Virus record (IMG/VR): IMGVR_UViG_3300023179_000020
Length of the DNA stretch: 64,000 bases
Reading direction: 5' to 3' (one strand)
Source: a virus
The notes under the pieces are model-generated. The model was not told where the DNA came from. It saw only the letters and a list, made by a program, of their open reading frames with translations, and did no database searches. The translations under genes and the position numbers were made by a program. This document shows positions 10,006-19,044 of the stretch, in pieces; position 1 is the first letter of the stretch, and each line of letters begins with the position of its first letter.

Positions 10006-11271
10006 ATGAGAAATACATTACAAGAACAATATAACCTTATTAAAGAAGGTAAAGGTAATAAACAGCAATTTTTTAAATCTGCTCGTCATTTATTCCCTAA
10101 TTTAATTACTCCTGTTAACACATTAAATGATGCTGTTACCATCCTTAAAAACAAAGGTATCATTAGTGAAATGTTTGTAGGAGGAGGTGTAGTTACTAAA
10201 GGTAAAACACCTGATTGGTTTTCTATTTTTAAAGAAAACATAACTGAGTATGGAGAAGACTCAGGTGGACAAGATATGACATACGGAATGTATAATAGAT
10301 CATCAGCCCGTAAAAATCAAGGCATTCAAGACTTTATAAATAAAGGAAAAGAAGATTATTATGATGATGTACCATATGAAGCATGTCCATATGAAGATGG
10401 TTATAATAAATATTATAAAGCAGATTTAGCTAAATTATGGCAAATGGGATGGAAAGAAGCAGAAATATCAAGCAATGAAGAAAACATAACTGAATTATCA
10501 GGAAAATTTGGTTCTAAAGAAGAAGTTACCGTTATTAATAATAAAACTGGTAAAAAAGCTAAAGCAATGATTACCAGCACATCAATGAGTACAGGTACAG
10601 GAATAGAATATAATCTTAAATATTCTGGTGAAAAACCAAATGGATTCCCAGACACTATAAAAGATGATGATTTAGACTCAACATATTCTTTAAAAAGATT
10701 AACTGAAGCTAAAGAAGCTAAAGCTGAAGAAAAAGAAACTACTAAAGAAGTAACTGACATGGCAACACGTGGTTACGACTATAAAGACACTAAAAACATT
10801 GATAACATTTTTGGTACTGCGTTTTTAAAAGGATTCTATAGTGAAATGCAAGATCCAAAAAACGAGGACAAAACAGTTGAAGAATTAAAACAAATCGTAG
10901 CTAAAAATTTAGCTAAAGACTGTTTACACTATGTTAAAAACAGCCCATTTGGTGTTGAAGGAGCTGGTTATTCAGTAGAAGCACCTGGATTAGGCGAACC
11001 AAAACCTGCTAAAGGTAAACACAAATCTTCAGGTTATGGTGATTTAAAAGAATCAGTTTTACGTTCTCAAATTCATTTGTTAGTAAAAGAAGTATTAGCT
11101 GAAAGTAAAATTAGTGAAGATCAATTTGAAAAAGCACTTAAAATGCATAAAAAAGGCAAATCACCCGAAAACATAGCTAAAGAATTAAAAATTGATCCGG
11201 TTATATTAAAAAACCAACTAAAAAAATACAAAGAAGAAAAAGAAAATTTAAAAACAAGTGATAAGGGCTAA
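10006..11271 (+). CDS. Modular head/core protein with many [LIV]-x-E sites and an RMF-like internal module
   Basis: 421 aa; repeated ENITE; CPY...W..GW.EA segment. Confidence 0.55.
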   Translation: MRNTLQEQYNLIKEGKGNKQQFFKSARHLFPNLITPVNTLNDAVTILKNKGIISEMFVGGGVVTKGKTPDWFSIFKENITEYGEDSGGQDMTYGMYNRSSARKNQGIQDFINKGKEDYYDDVPYEACPYEDGYNKYYKADLAKLWQMGWKEAEISSNEENITELSGKFGSKEEVTVINNKTGKKAKAMITSTSMSTGTGIEYNLKYSGEKPNGFPDTIKDDDLDSTYSLKRLTEAKEAKAEEKETTKEVTDMATRGYDYKDTKNIDNIFGTAFLKGFYSEMQDPKNEDKTVEELKQIVAKNLAKDCLHYVKNSPFGVEGAGYSVEAPGLGEPKPAKGKHKSSGYGDLKESVLRSQIHLLVKEVLAESKISEDQFEKALKMHKKGKSPENIAKELKIDPVILKNQLKKYKEEKENLKTSDKG

Positions 11272-11273
11272 TT

Positions 11274-11882
11274 ATGAAACAAGTACTTATTGAAACCCAA
11301 ATATTTTCTGCTAAACCAGTTAAACTAGTTGAAGGTAAAGGTGGTAATAGCAATTTATTAGTTGAAGGAATACTAGCAACAGCCGAAGTAAAAAACGGTA
11401 ACGGCCGTTACTACTCAAAAGATTTATGGGAAAGAGAAATTAATAAGTACATGGAGAATGTAAAATCAAATCGTGCTTTAGGTGAACTAGACCATCCCGA
11501 TTCTCAAATCATCAATTTAAAAAACGTATCCCACAACATTAAAAAAATATGGTGGGATAATGATAATGTAATGGGAGCAATAGAAATTTTACCTACACCT
11601 TCAGGCAACATATTAGCAGCATTATTCCAAAACAACATTCCAGTAGGTGTATCATCACGTGGTATGGGCTCATTAAAACAAATGGGAGAAATAATGGAAG
11701 TACAAGACGATTTTGAATTGTTGTGTTTTGACTTTGTTTCTACCCCATCTAACCCAGGATCATTCATGCACCCAGTAGGACAAATACATGAAGGATTATC
11801 ATCTCCGATTAACCCATATTCTAAAGTTAATTCAATAGTAACTGAGATTCTTTGCGCAAACGGAACCTGTCCAATTTTTTAA
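11274..11882 (+). CDS. Prohead protease (T4 gp21-like)
   Basis: NGNGRYY, ALGELDHP, GVSSRGMGS, FDFVSTPS motifs. Confidence 0.93.
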   Translation: MKQVLIETQIFSAKPVKLVEGKGGNSNLLVEGILATAEVKNGNGRYYSKDLWEREINKYMENVKSNRALGELDHPDSQIINLKNVSHNIKKIWWDNDNVMGAIEILPTPSGNILAALFQNNIPVGVSSRGMGSLKQMGEIMEVQDDFELLCFDFVSTPSNPGSFMHPVGQIHEGLSSPINPYSKVNSIVTEILCANGTCPIF

Positions 11883-11932
11883 TCCAACGTATTCTTTCAA
11901 AATCTTTGACATATTTATAATAAAATATAGAT

Positions 11933-12607
11933 ATGCTAAAACTTTGCCCTACTTGTAATAAAACTAAAGAATTAATTGAGTTTAATAAAAATAAAAATCG
12001 TAAGGATGGTTATCAACGTGAATGTAAGAGTTGCTGTCATAATCATCATAACAAATATTATCATACTAAAAAATCTCCTCGTTTAAAAGAAAATATAAAA
12101 GAAGGACATAAAGTATGTACTAGTTGTAAACAAGAATTGTTACTAACTGAATTTAAACCAGGAAAAGGACGTTTTGGAGTCGGGGCAAATTGCAAAATAT
12201 GTTTTAATAAAAAATGGAATGATTATCAAAAAAGAACAGGCCAAAATAAAAAACATAACAAATTAAAACGTCAAACAGATATACAATGGAAACTTAAAGC
12301 TAATCTTAGAGGTAGATATTTAGACGCTCTTAAACGCCACACTTCAGGCGGCAAAGTAAACAAACATCACTCAGCTATAGATTTATTAGGTTGTAGTATA
12401 GAATTTTATAAACAATATTTAGAACAACAGTTTAAACCAGATATGAACTGGGAAAATCATGGAATACTATGGGAGATAGATCATATAAAGCCATGTGCTG
12501 TTTTTGATTTAACAAATTCTAAACACCAACAAGAATGTTTTAATTATACAAACACCCAACCTTTATATTACTCAGATAATAGAAGTAAAGGAGATAAATA
12601 TTTATAA
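11933..12607 (+). CDS. Free-standing HNH homing endonuclease with two Cys4 zinc-finger-like repeats
   Basis: CxxC...CxxC repeats; WEIDHIKPC...FNYTNTQPL...NRSKGDK; ATATTTATA 11911-11919. Confidence 0.85.
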   Translation: MLKLCPTCNKTKELIEFNKNKNRKDGYQRECKSCCHNHHNKYYHTKKSPRLKENIKEGHKVCTSCKQELLLTEFKPGKGRFGVGANCKICFNKKWNDYQKRTGQNKKHNKLKRQTDIQWKLKANLRGRYLDALKRHTSGGKVNKHHSAIDLLGCSIEFYKQYLEQQFKPDMNWENHGILWEIDHIKPCAVFDLTNSKHQQECFNYTNTQPLYYSDNRSKGDKYL

Positions 12608-12609
12608 TT

Positions 12610-12783
12610 ATGGAAAAACAAGAATTAAACGAAGAATTTTTTAAAATGCAAAAACTTGCAGGTTTAATTACTGAAGAAGAATATAAAGCTAGATTATGGT
12701 ATAAACAATATTCTGAAAATATATCTAAAGCCTTAGATGATTTAAAACAAACATTAAAAAATGAAGGCTATGATATTAAATGA
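12610..12783 (+). CDS. 57-aa tagged protein absent from the ORF track (MEKQELNEEFFKMQKLAGLITEEEYKARLWY...)
   Basis: Translated by hand; ATATTTATA 12598-12606; carries MQKLAG tag. Confidence 0.7.
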   Translation: MEKQELNEEFFKMQKLAGLITEEEYKARLWYKQYSENISKALDDLKQTLKNEGYDIK

Positions 12784-13018
12784 AGATAATAAATCTATTT
12801 TAGATCTAGTAAATTATATAGATTCTAAAATTGTAGCTCTTCGTAATGATAACAAATTTTCTAAAAATACTATAGATAGTTTATCTAATTTGTATAATTT
12901 AACTGTTGGAGAGTGGATGAGTAAAAATTACATAACTGATATTGAACCTGGTTCTAATGAAGAAGAAGAAATAGTAAATAAACTTTTAGAAGTAATCGAT
13001 TTTTTAAATAAACTTTAA
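12761..13018 (+). CDS. Hypothetical acidic protein (possible start at 12770, MILNE...)
   Basis: 85-aa ORF overlapping the previous gene in the +1 frame. Confidence 0.5.
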   Translation: MKAMILNEDNKSILDLVNYIDSKIVALRNDNKFSKNTIDSLSNLYNLTVGEWMSKNYITDIEPGSNEEEEIVNKLLEVIDFLNKL

Positions 13019-13045
13019 CCCCTCTTAGAATAGTATTTTAAGATT

Positions 13046-13078
13046 GATGCCTCTCAAAAAAGAGGCATTTCTTTTTTT
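13046..13078 (+). terminator. Rho-independent terminator
   Basis: GATGCCTCT-CAAAAA-AGAGGCATT plus T-run. Confidence 0.75.
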
Positions 13079-13214
13079 AAAAAGCGACTTTTCGTAGATC
13101 CGTATATATGTATATTCAAATATGCTACCCTTTCCCCTTATGTAGCATTAATTAGTTAACAATCTATTACGTTTATAATAAGCGTATTTCCAAAACAAAA
13201 TTATTTGAGGACAA

Positions 13215-14324
13215 ATGAACAGAGAAATGCTTAAAGAAGCAATTGCTGAAGCTAAAACTATTAGAGAAACAGCAATTGAAAGCGCAAAAATCGCCCTTGA
13301 AGAAGCTTTTACTCCCCAATTAACAGCTATGTTTGCTGAAAAGTTAAACGAGTTGGAATTAGAGGAAAAAGAAGAAAAGGACGAAACAAATGAAATGTAC
13401 GGTATGGAAGAAGAAGGATTAGAAGAAAATTTTAATCTTGAAGAACTTCTTGCCGAGTTAGAGGAAGCTGAATTACAAGCTGAAGCAGAAGACATGAAAA
13501 CAGAAAATCTTGATGAAGATTTAATGCTTGAAGAAATGTCTGACGAGGAAATTGAAGAACTTGTAAAATCAGTAATCGACGACATGATTGCATCTGGTAA
13601 GCTTATGGCTGGTGAAGAAGCCGAAGACGAGGACATGGACATGGATGACATGGACATGGATGATATGGACATGGGTGACGAGGAAGAAATTGAAGACGAA
13701 GAAGAAGAAGAAATTGATGAAGACATCAATCTTGAAGAACTTCTTGCTGAAATTGATTCTGAGAAAAAAGAAGTAGTAAACGAAGAATTTTTTGATCCTG
13801 AAACTTTAAAATTAGTAGCTCAAGCTGCTGAATTTCTTAATGTAAGTAAAGATGCTATAATGGGAATGATAGCAGGATTACCTGGAGCAGCAGTTGCTGC
13901 TGCGTTTTTAAGAGCTACAATGAAAGCTAAAAAAGAAGCAAAAAGTGGAAAAGTTGATGAAACAACTGATACTACTGAAATGGAAGAAACAATTAACGAG
14001 TTGAGAAATGAGTTAAACGAAGTAAACCTTTTAAATGCTAAACTTCTTTATACCAACAAAATCTTCAAAGCTAAGAATCTTACCGAATCAGAAAAAATTA
14101 AGGTTTTAAACACATTTGACAAAGCAGAAACTGTTAAAGAAGTTAAACTCGTATTTGAAACTCTAACTGAATCTTTTAAAACTACTACAGTTAAAAAGAA
14201 CCCAATTAAAGAATCATTAGGATCAGCTTCTAGAACAATTGCCCCTGCTACCCCTAAACAACCAATAATCGAGGTTAACAGCGCGTTTGCTCGTATGCAA
14301 CAACTCGCAGGCCTCAAAAAGTAA
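13215..14324 (+). CDS. Prohead scaffold/core protein (T4 gp22 position)
   Basis: Highly acidic coiled coil immediately before the MCP; many [LI]-x-E sites; ends RMQQLAGLKK. Confidence 0.85.
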   Translation: MNREMLKEAIAEAKTIRETAIESAKIALEEAFTPQLTAMFAEKLNELELEEKEEKDETNEMYGMEEEGLEENFNLEELLAELEEAELQAEAEDMKTENLDEDLMLEEMSDEEIEELVKSVIDDMIASGKLMAGEEAEDEDMDMDDMDMDDMDMGDEEEIEDEEEEEIDEDINLEELLAEIDSEKKEVVNEEFFDPETLKLVAQAAEFLNVSKDAIMGMIAGLPGAAVAAAFLRATMKAKKEAKSGKVDETTDTTEMEETINELRNELNEVNLLNAKLLYTNKIFKAKNLTESEKIKVLNTFDKAETVKEVKLVFETLTESFKTTTVKKNPIKESLGSASRTIAPATPKQPIIEVNSAFARMQQLAGLKK

Positions 14325-14362
14325 AAATTAACATTAACAATTAAAACAATTTTTTTAAAATT

Positions 14363-16096
14363 ATGGAAACAATTCAACAATTAGTAGAGTCCGCAAACCC
14401 ATGGAGATCACTTCAAAGTGATGCTGCTAAATTAGCACGCAAATGGGAAAAAACCGGCCTTTTAGAAGGTCTTGGTGAGGACGTTAACAAAAACAACATG
14501 GCTTTGATGTTGGAAAACCAAGCAAAGCAATTAGTAGTAGAAACATCTCAAACTGGTACTGGTGCTACTTTTACAGTAGGTACTGGTGAACAATGGGCTG
14601 GTATTGCACTTCCTTTAGTACGTAAGGTATTTGGTCAAATCGCAGCGAAAGAATTCGTTAGCGTTCAACCAATGAACTTACCTTCAGGTCTTGTATTCTT
14701 CCTTGACTTTCAGTATGGTACTGCTAAGAACCCATTTACTTCAGGTGGTTCTATGTATGGTACTCGTAATGCAAGTGGTCAGTATCCATTTGCTACACCT
14801 GATCCTGTTGGTGGTTTGTATGGTGCTGGTCGTTTTACTTACTCTACTAACCAATTCTCAGCTTCTGTATGGGTATCAGGTTCGTCAGCAGGTGGAACTA
14901 CTCCAGTATTAGCAGCTAGTACGGGTTCAGTAGTTACAGCTTCTTGGGCTGAATTAAACTACGATACTGCTCTTTCAGCTTCTGTAAAAGCTAATGGTAT
15001 CTATAAAGTAACTGTTACTACTGCTTCATTATTAACTAATTTTGATCCTGATGCAGTTCGTGCATTCTATGTTAGTGGTGGTGGATTTACTGTAGCTAAT
15101 GCTTTACCAGCATTTACAACTTACAATTATACTAATAATACTATTGCATTTTTCATTACTGGTACTGCTACAGCGTTTTCTGGTGCCCCTGCAGCTCAAT
15201 TAACTGTATTCTATCAAAAGAACACAGCTGATAATAAGCGTGGTGATTTTGAAGATCCAACAGGTGCTACATTACCTACTTACTCAACACCAAACGATCA
15301 AAATGCTACTACAATTTCTATCCCAGAAATTAACATCTCGATGCAATCTCAAGCTATTACTGCTAAGACTAAAAAGTTAAAGGCTGTATGGACTCCTGAA
15401 TTTGCTCAAGACCTTAATGCTTACCAGAACTTAGATGCTGAAGCTGAATTAACTAACATCATGAGCGAGTACATTTCATTAGAAATTGATCTCGAAATTC
15501 TTGATATGTTGATCGAAGATGTTCCTCAAGCTAACACTGAGTATTGGACTGTATTGAATAATGGTGTTTATAATAGCACAAATCCTAATGGATTTGATTT
15601 CCCAACATCAACCAATAACAGTGGATTCTATAACACTCAAGGTCAGTGGTTCCAAACCCTTGGTACTAAAATTCAAAAGATTAGCAACCGAATTCACCAA
15701 TTAACCCTTCGTGGTGGTGCTAACTTTATGGTAATCAGCCCAACTATTGCAACTATTATCGAGTCTATTCCTGGATTCGCTTCTAATAGCAATGGTGATG
15801 CTGCTGACATGGATTATGCATTTGGTGTACAGAAAGCTGGTCAATTCAACAGCCGTTACACTGTGTATAAGAACCCTTACATGACTGAAAACACTATCTT
15901 ATTAGGTTTCCGTGGTAAGCAATTCTTAGAAGCAGGTGCTGTGTTTGCTCCTTACATTCCATTGATCATGACTCCTCTTATCTACGATCCAAACACCTTC
16001 ACTCCACGTAAAGGTCTGTTGACTCGTTATGCTAAGAAGATGTTACGTCCTGAATTCTATGGTAAAGTTTATGTTAGTGGTTTAAGTTCCCTCTAA
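14363..16096 (+). CDS. Major capsid protein (T4 gp23-like)
   Basis: VSVQPMNLPSGLVFFLDF, KLKAVWTPEFAQDL, APYIPL, FTPRKGLLTRYA motifs. Confidence 0.96.
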   Translation: METIQQLVESANPWRSLQSDAAKLARKWEKTGLLEGLGEDVNKNNMALMLENQAKQLVVETSQTGTGATFTVGTGEQWAGIALPLVRKVFGQIAAKEFVSVQPMNLPSGLVFFLDFQYGTAKNPFTSGGSMYGTRNASGQYPFATPDPVGGLYGAGRFTYSTNQFSASVWVSGSSAGGTTPVLAASTGSVVTASWAELNYDTALSASVKANGIYKVTVTTASLLTNFDPDAVRAFYVSGGGFTVANALPAFTTYNYTNNTIAFFITGTATAFSGAPAAQLTVFYQKNTADNKRGDFEDPTGATLPTYSTPNDQNATTISIPEINISMQSQAITAKTKKLKAVWTPEFAQDLNAYQNLDAEAELTNIMSEYISLEIDLEILDMLIEDVPQANTEYWTVLNNGVYNSTNPNGFDFPTSTNNSGFYNTQGQWFQTLGTKIQKISNRIHQLTLRGGANFMVISPTIATIIESIPGFASNSNGDAADMDYAFGVQKAGQFNSRYTVYKNPYMTENTILLGFRGKQFLEAGAVFAPYIPLIMTPLIYDPNTFTPRKGLLTRYAKKMLRPEFYGKVYVSGLSSL

Positions 16097-16119
16097 TATA
16101 ACTTAGAATTATAACAATT

Positions 16120-16145
16120 AAGCCCAGAGAAATCTGGGCTTTTTT
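16120..16145 (+). terminator. Terminator after the MCP gene
   Basis: AAGCCCAGA-GAAA-TCTGGGCTT plus T-run. Confidence 0.85.
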
Positions 16146-16177
16146 GTTTTCTTTAATATTTATACACAAATACGACT

Positions 16178-18010
16178 ATGTCTGACTTTAACAGAACCGA
16201 ACAGGCGCAACAGATTTTTAAAGAAAAACGTAAGCCTAAAAACCCAATTTCATTTAAAATTCAATTAAATGAAGAACAAAAAATAGCTAAACAACTAATT
16301 TTAGACAACCCAGTAACACTATTAAAAGGTATGGCTGGTAGTGGCAAGGCTCAAGATGTAGATAGTCTTGTTATTACTCCGGATGGGACTAAACGAATAG
16401 GAGATATAACCCCAGGAGATTTTGTTATTTCTGAATATGGGGACCCTATTAAAGTATTAGACATATTCCCACAAGGGAAAAAAGATTTATATAAAATTAC
16501 TTTTTCTGATGGGTTTTCAACAACGTGTTGTAAAGAACATTTATGGAATGTAATTCGAAGAAATAATCTTCATTCCCAATATAATAGGAATAATAAACCA
16601 AATCTTAAATACCAAGAATACGAAACTTTATCCTTAGAAGAAATAATAAATAAGGGGATAAAAACAGGAAAAAAAGATAAATGGTTTATTCCGGTTCAAG
16701 GATTAACCCAATTTAATAATAGGCAAGTAACTATAGATCCATATATTGTAGGGTGTTTAATTGGAGATGGCTCTTTAACTGGTCTAACCCCAGAAATAAC
16801 AAGTGAAGATAAAGAAATAGTAGATTATTTTCAATTATGGTGTGATAGAAATAATTTAAATTTTTATCAAAAACAAAGTGTAAATAAAAAAGGAAATAGA
16901 ATACAATATAGCATAACTAGTAATAAAAATCAAGAAATAGTAGAATATAATACTTTAACTAAAAAATTAAAAGAATATAATCTAATGGGATCTAATAGTT
17001 TTAATAAATTTATTCCTAAAGATTATTTATATAATTCAAAAGAAGTTAGATTAGAACTTTTACAAGGATTAATGGATACTGATGGTTGGATTCAAACAAA
17101 TAAATTTAGAAATAATAAGGGAATTTCTTCCCAACCATATTATTGTACTGTATCTAAGCAATTAAAAGATGATTTTGTTTTCTTAATTCAAAGTTTAGGT
17201 GGGATATGCTATGTAACTGAAAAACAAGGTAAATATAAAGCTAAAGGAGAAAAAGATTATAAACTAACTGCTATTAATTACAGAATTTGTATAAACTTTC
17301 CTAATGAATTAAGAGAAAATATATTTAAATTAAACAGAAAAAAAGAAAGGATAACTGAACAAAAAAGTATTATAAATAGAAGCATATCTAAAATAGAATT
17401 TCTAAAAACAGATGAAGCCGTTTGTATTTTAGTTGATTCTCCTACTCATTTATATCTTACTGATAATTTTATTGTTACTCATAATACTCTTGTAGCATGT
17501 CAAGTAGCATTAGATTTAGTGTTTAAAAAAGACGTTGAAAGAATTATTATTACTCGTCCTACTGTAGCTAAAGAAGAAATAGGATTTTTACCTGGTGACT
17601 TAAAAGAAAAAATGGATCCTTGGTTAGCTCCAATTTATGCTAATTTACATATGTTGTATGACAAAGCAAAAATTGATAAAATGATTCAAGACCAAACTAT
17701 TGAAATTGTTCCTTTTGCATTTATGAGAGGAAGAACATTTCCCAATGCTGTAGTAATTGTAGATGAATGTCAAAACATTACTCATGGTCAAACAGAAATG
17801 ATTTTAGGACGATTGGGAAAAGGTGGTAAAATGATTTTTTGTGGAGACATTACTCAAACTGACCTTAAAAATAAAAAAGACAGTGGTATAGGTTTTTTTA
17901 CCCGTTTAGAAGAAAATATTAAAGGTGTTAAAATTGTTATTTTAAAAACAAATCATCGCCACGACATTGTAGAACCTATTCTTCATTTATACTCAGAATA
18001 CAGGGATTGA
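16178..18010 (+). CDS. phoH: PhoH-family ATPase interrupted by an intein
   Basis: GMAGSGK|T Walker A, GFLPGDLKEK, FMRGRTF, DECQN, GDITQTD. Confidence 0.92.
   Translation: MSDFNRTEQAQQIFKEKRKPKNPISFKIQLNEEQKIAKQLILDNPVTLLKGMAGSGKAQDVDSLVITPDGTKRIGDITPGDFVISEYGDPIKVLDIFPQGKKDLYKITFSDGFSTTCCKEHLWNVIRRNNLHSQYNRNNKPNLKYQEYETLSLEEIINKGIKTGKKDKWFIPVQGLTQFNNRQVTIDPYIVGCLIGDGSLTGLTPEITSEDKEIVDYFQLWCDRNNLNFYQKQSVNKKGNRIQYSITSNKNQEIVEYNTLTKKLKEYNLMGSNSFNKFIPKDYLYNSKEVRLELLQGLMDTDGWIQTNKFRNNKGISSQPYYCTVSKQLKDDFVFLIQSLGGICYVTEKQGKYKAKGEKDYKLTAINYRICINFPNELRENIFKLNRKKERITEQKSIINRSISKIEFLKTDEAVCILVDSPTHLYLTDNFIVTHNTLVACQVALDLVFKKDVERIIITRPTVAKEEIGFLPGDLKEKMDPWLAPIYANLHMLYDKAKIDKMIQDQTIEIVPFAFMRGRTFPNAVVIVDECQNITHGQTEMILGRLGKGGKMIFCGDITQTDLKNKKDSGIGFFTRLEENIKGVKIVILKTNHRHDIVEPILHLYSEYRD
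16349..17485 (+). mobile_element. 379-aa intein with LAGLIDADG endonuclease; class-3 signature
   Basis: Starts AQDVDS (Ala1), block B CCKEHLW, block F VCILV, ends VTHN|T; LIGDGS and LMDTDG motifs; removal restores GSGKT. Confidence 0.9.
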
Positions 18011-18032
18011 TATTTATAACCAAATCCTAAAC

Positions 18033-18518
18033 ATGGCAGATTTAAAAATAACTTTACAAGAAAGTATAGTATTACCAAATAGGAATAAAGAAGTATTAAC
18101 CAATACTGCTACTATATCTGGTGTAAATCAAATTTTAAGAAGAACAGACACTATAGCAACTGATTTTAGTGGTTCTGGAATTGAAATTTTAAAATTTGTT
18201 GATAGTGAAGAAGAACAAACAGCAGGCTCATTTGTCAAATCAGATGTAAAATATTTACGTATTACCAATTTAGACACTACCAATTCAGCTTTAATTTATT
18301 TAGTAGACACTAATGAAGAAAGTGTTTTATTTAAATTAGAAGCTAAAAAATCACTTATGTTTGGAAACGTAGATTTTAATGCTACTCAAAACGGTGATTA
18401 TGTTGTAGAAGGAGTATGGGATGAAGATTATTACTCTAGTTTTGTTTATTATGATACAATAAAAGCAAAAGCAGAAACAGCTGATTTACAACTTGAATAT
18501 TTTGTAGCATCTGCTTAA
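18033..18518 (+). CDS. Hypothetical virion-associated protein
   Basis: 161 aa, beta-rich; ATATTTATA 18010-18018. Confidence 0.5.
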   Translation: MADLKITLQESIVLPNRNKEVLTNTATISGVNQILRRTDTIATDFSGSGIEILKFVDSEEEQTAGSFVKSDVKYLRITNLDTTNSALIYLVDTNEESVLFKLEAKKSLMFGNVDFNATQNGDYVVEGVWDEDYYSSFVYYDTIKAKAETADLQLEYFVASA

Positions 18519-18555
18519 CAAAACAATATATTTATAAATAAAACAAAATAATAGT

Positions 18556-19026
18556 ATGACACATTCTTTTCAATTAAACTATAAACCTCTTCCTAATGAT
18601 GAAAAAAATTTAAGAACAGGTTTAATTGCGTTTTTAGTATTTTCTAGTTTATTATTAGGATATAATACTTATCAAGATAACTGTATATCAGTTAATGATG
18701 TAGAAAGAGTAGGTACTGGTGACACAGTAGATGGATTTAAATTAGGTACTGGTGATACAGTAGATGGATTTAAATTAGGTATTGGTGACACAGTAGATGG
18801 ATATTTAAGAGGATTTACTGGTGATACAGTTGATGGTTATATAAACGGAGTTAAAGCTATTGACCGTTATGGTAATACATCTACAATTTCACGGAGCGTA
18901 AACGGTGAAGAAGAGTATTTAAATTCTCAAAATAGTATTCTTGAATACAATTTACCTTTTTCTACTACAAATTCTGAATCTCAACTCCAAATGGTTATGC
19001 CTATTATGGATACTTTAAAACACTAA
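18556..19026 (+). CDS. Membrane-anchored protein with four GDTVDG repeats
   Basis: Hydrophobic GLIAFLVFSSLLLGY then GTGDTVDGFKL-like units. Confidence 0.6.
   Translation: MTHSFQLNYKPLPNDEKNLRTGLIAFLVFSSLLLGYNTYQDNCISVNDVERVGTGDTVDGFKLGTGDTVDGFKLGIGDTVDGYLRGFTGDTVDGYINGVKAIDRYGNTSTISRSVNGEEEYLNSQNSILEYNLPFSTTNSESQLQMVMPIMDTLKH
18710..18840 (+). repeat. 33-nt coding tandem repeat, about 4 copies
   Basis: aggtactggtga(c/t)acagtagatggatttaaatt units. Confidence 0.85.
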
Positions 19027-19044
19027 TAAAACCAAAACACAACA

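Noticed and set aside
18710-18840. 33-nt repeats resembling a CRISPR array
   Set aside because: No unique spacers; in-frame coding repeat with synonymous variation
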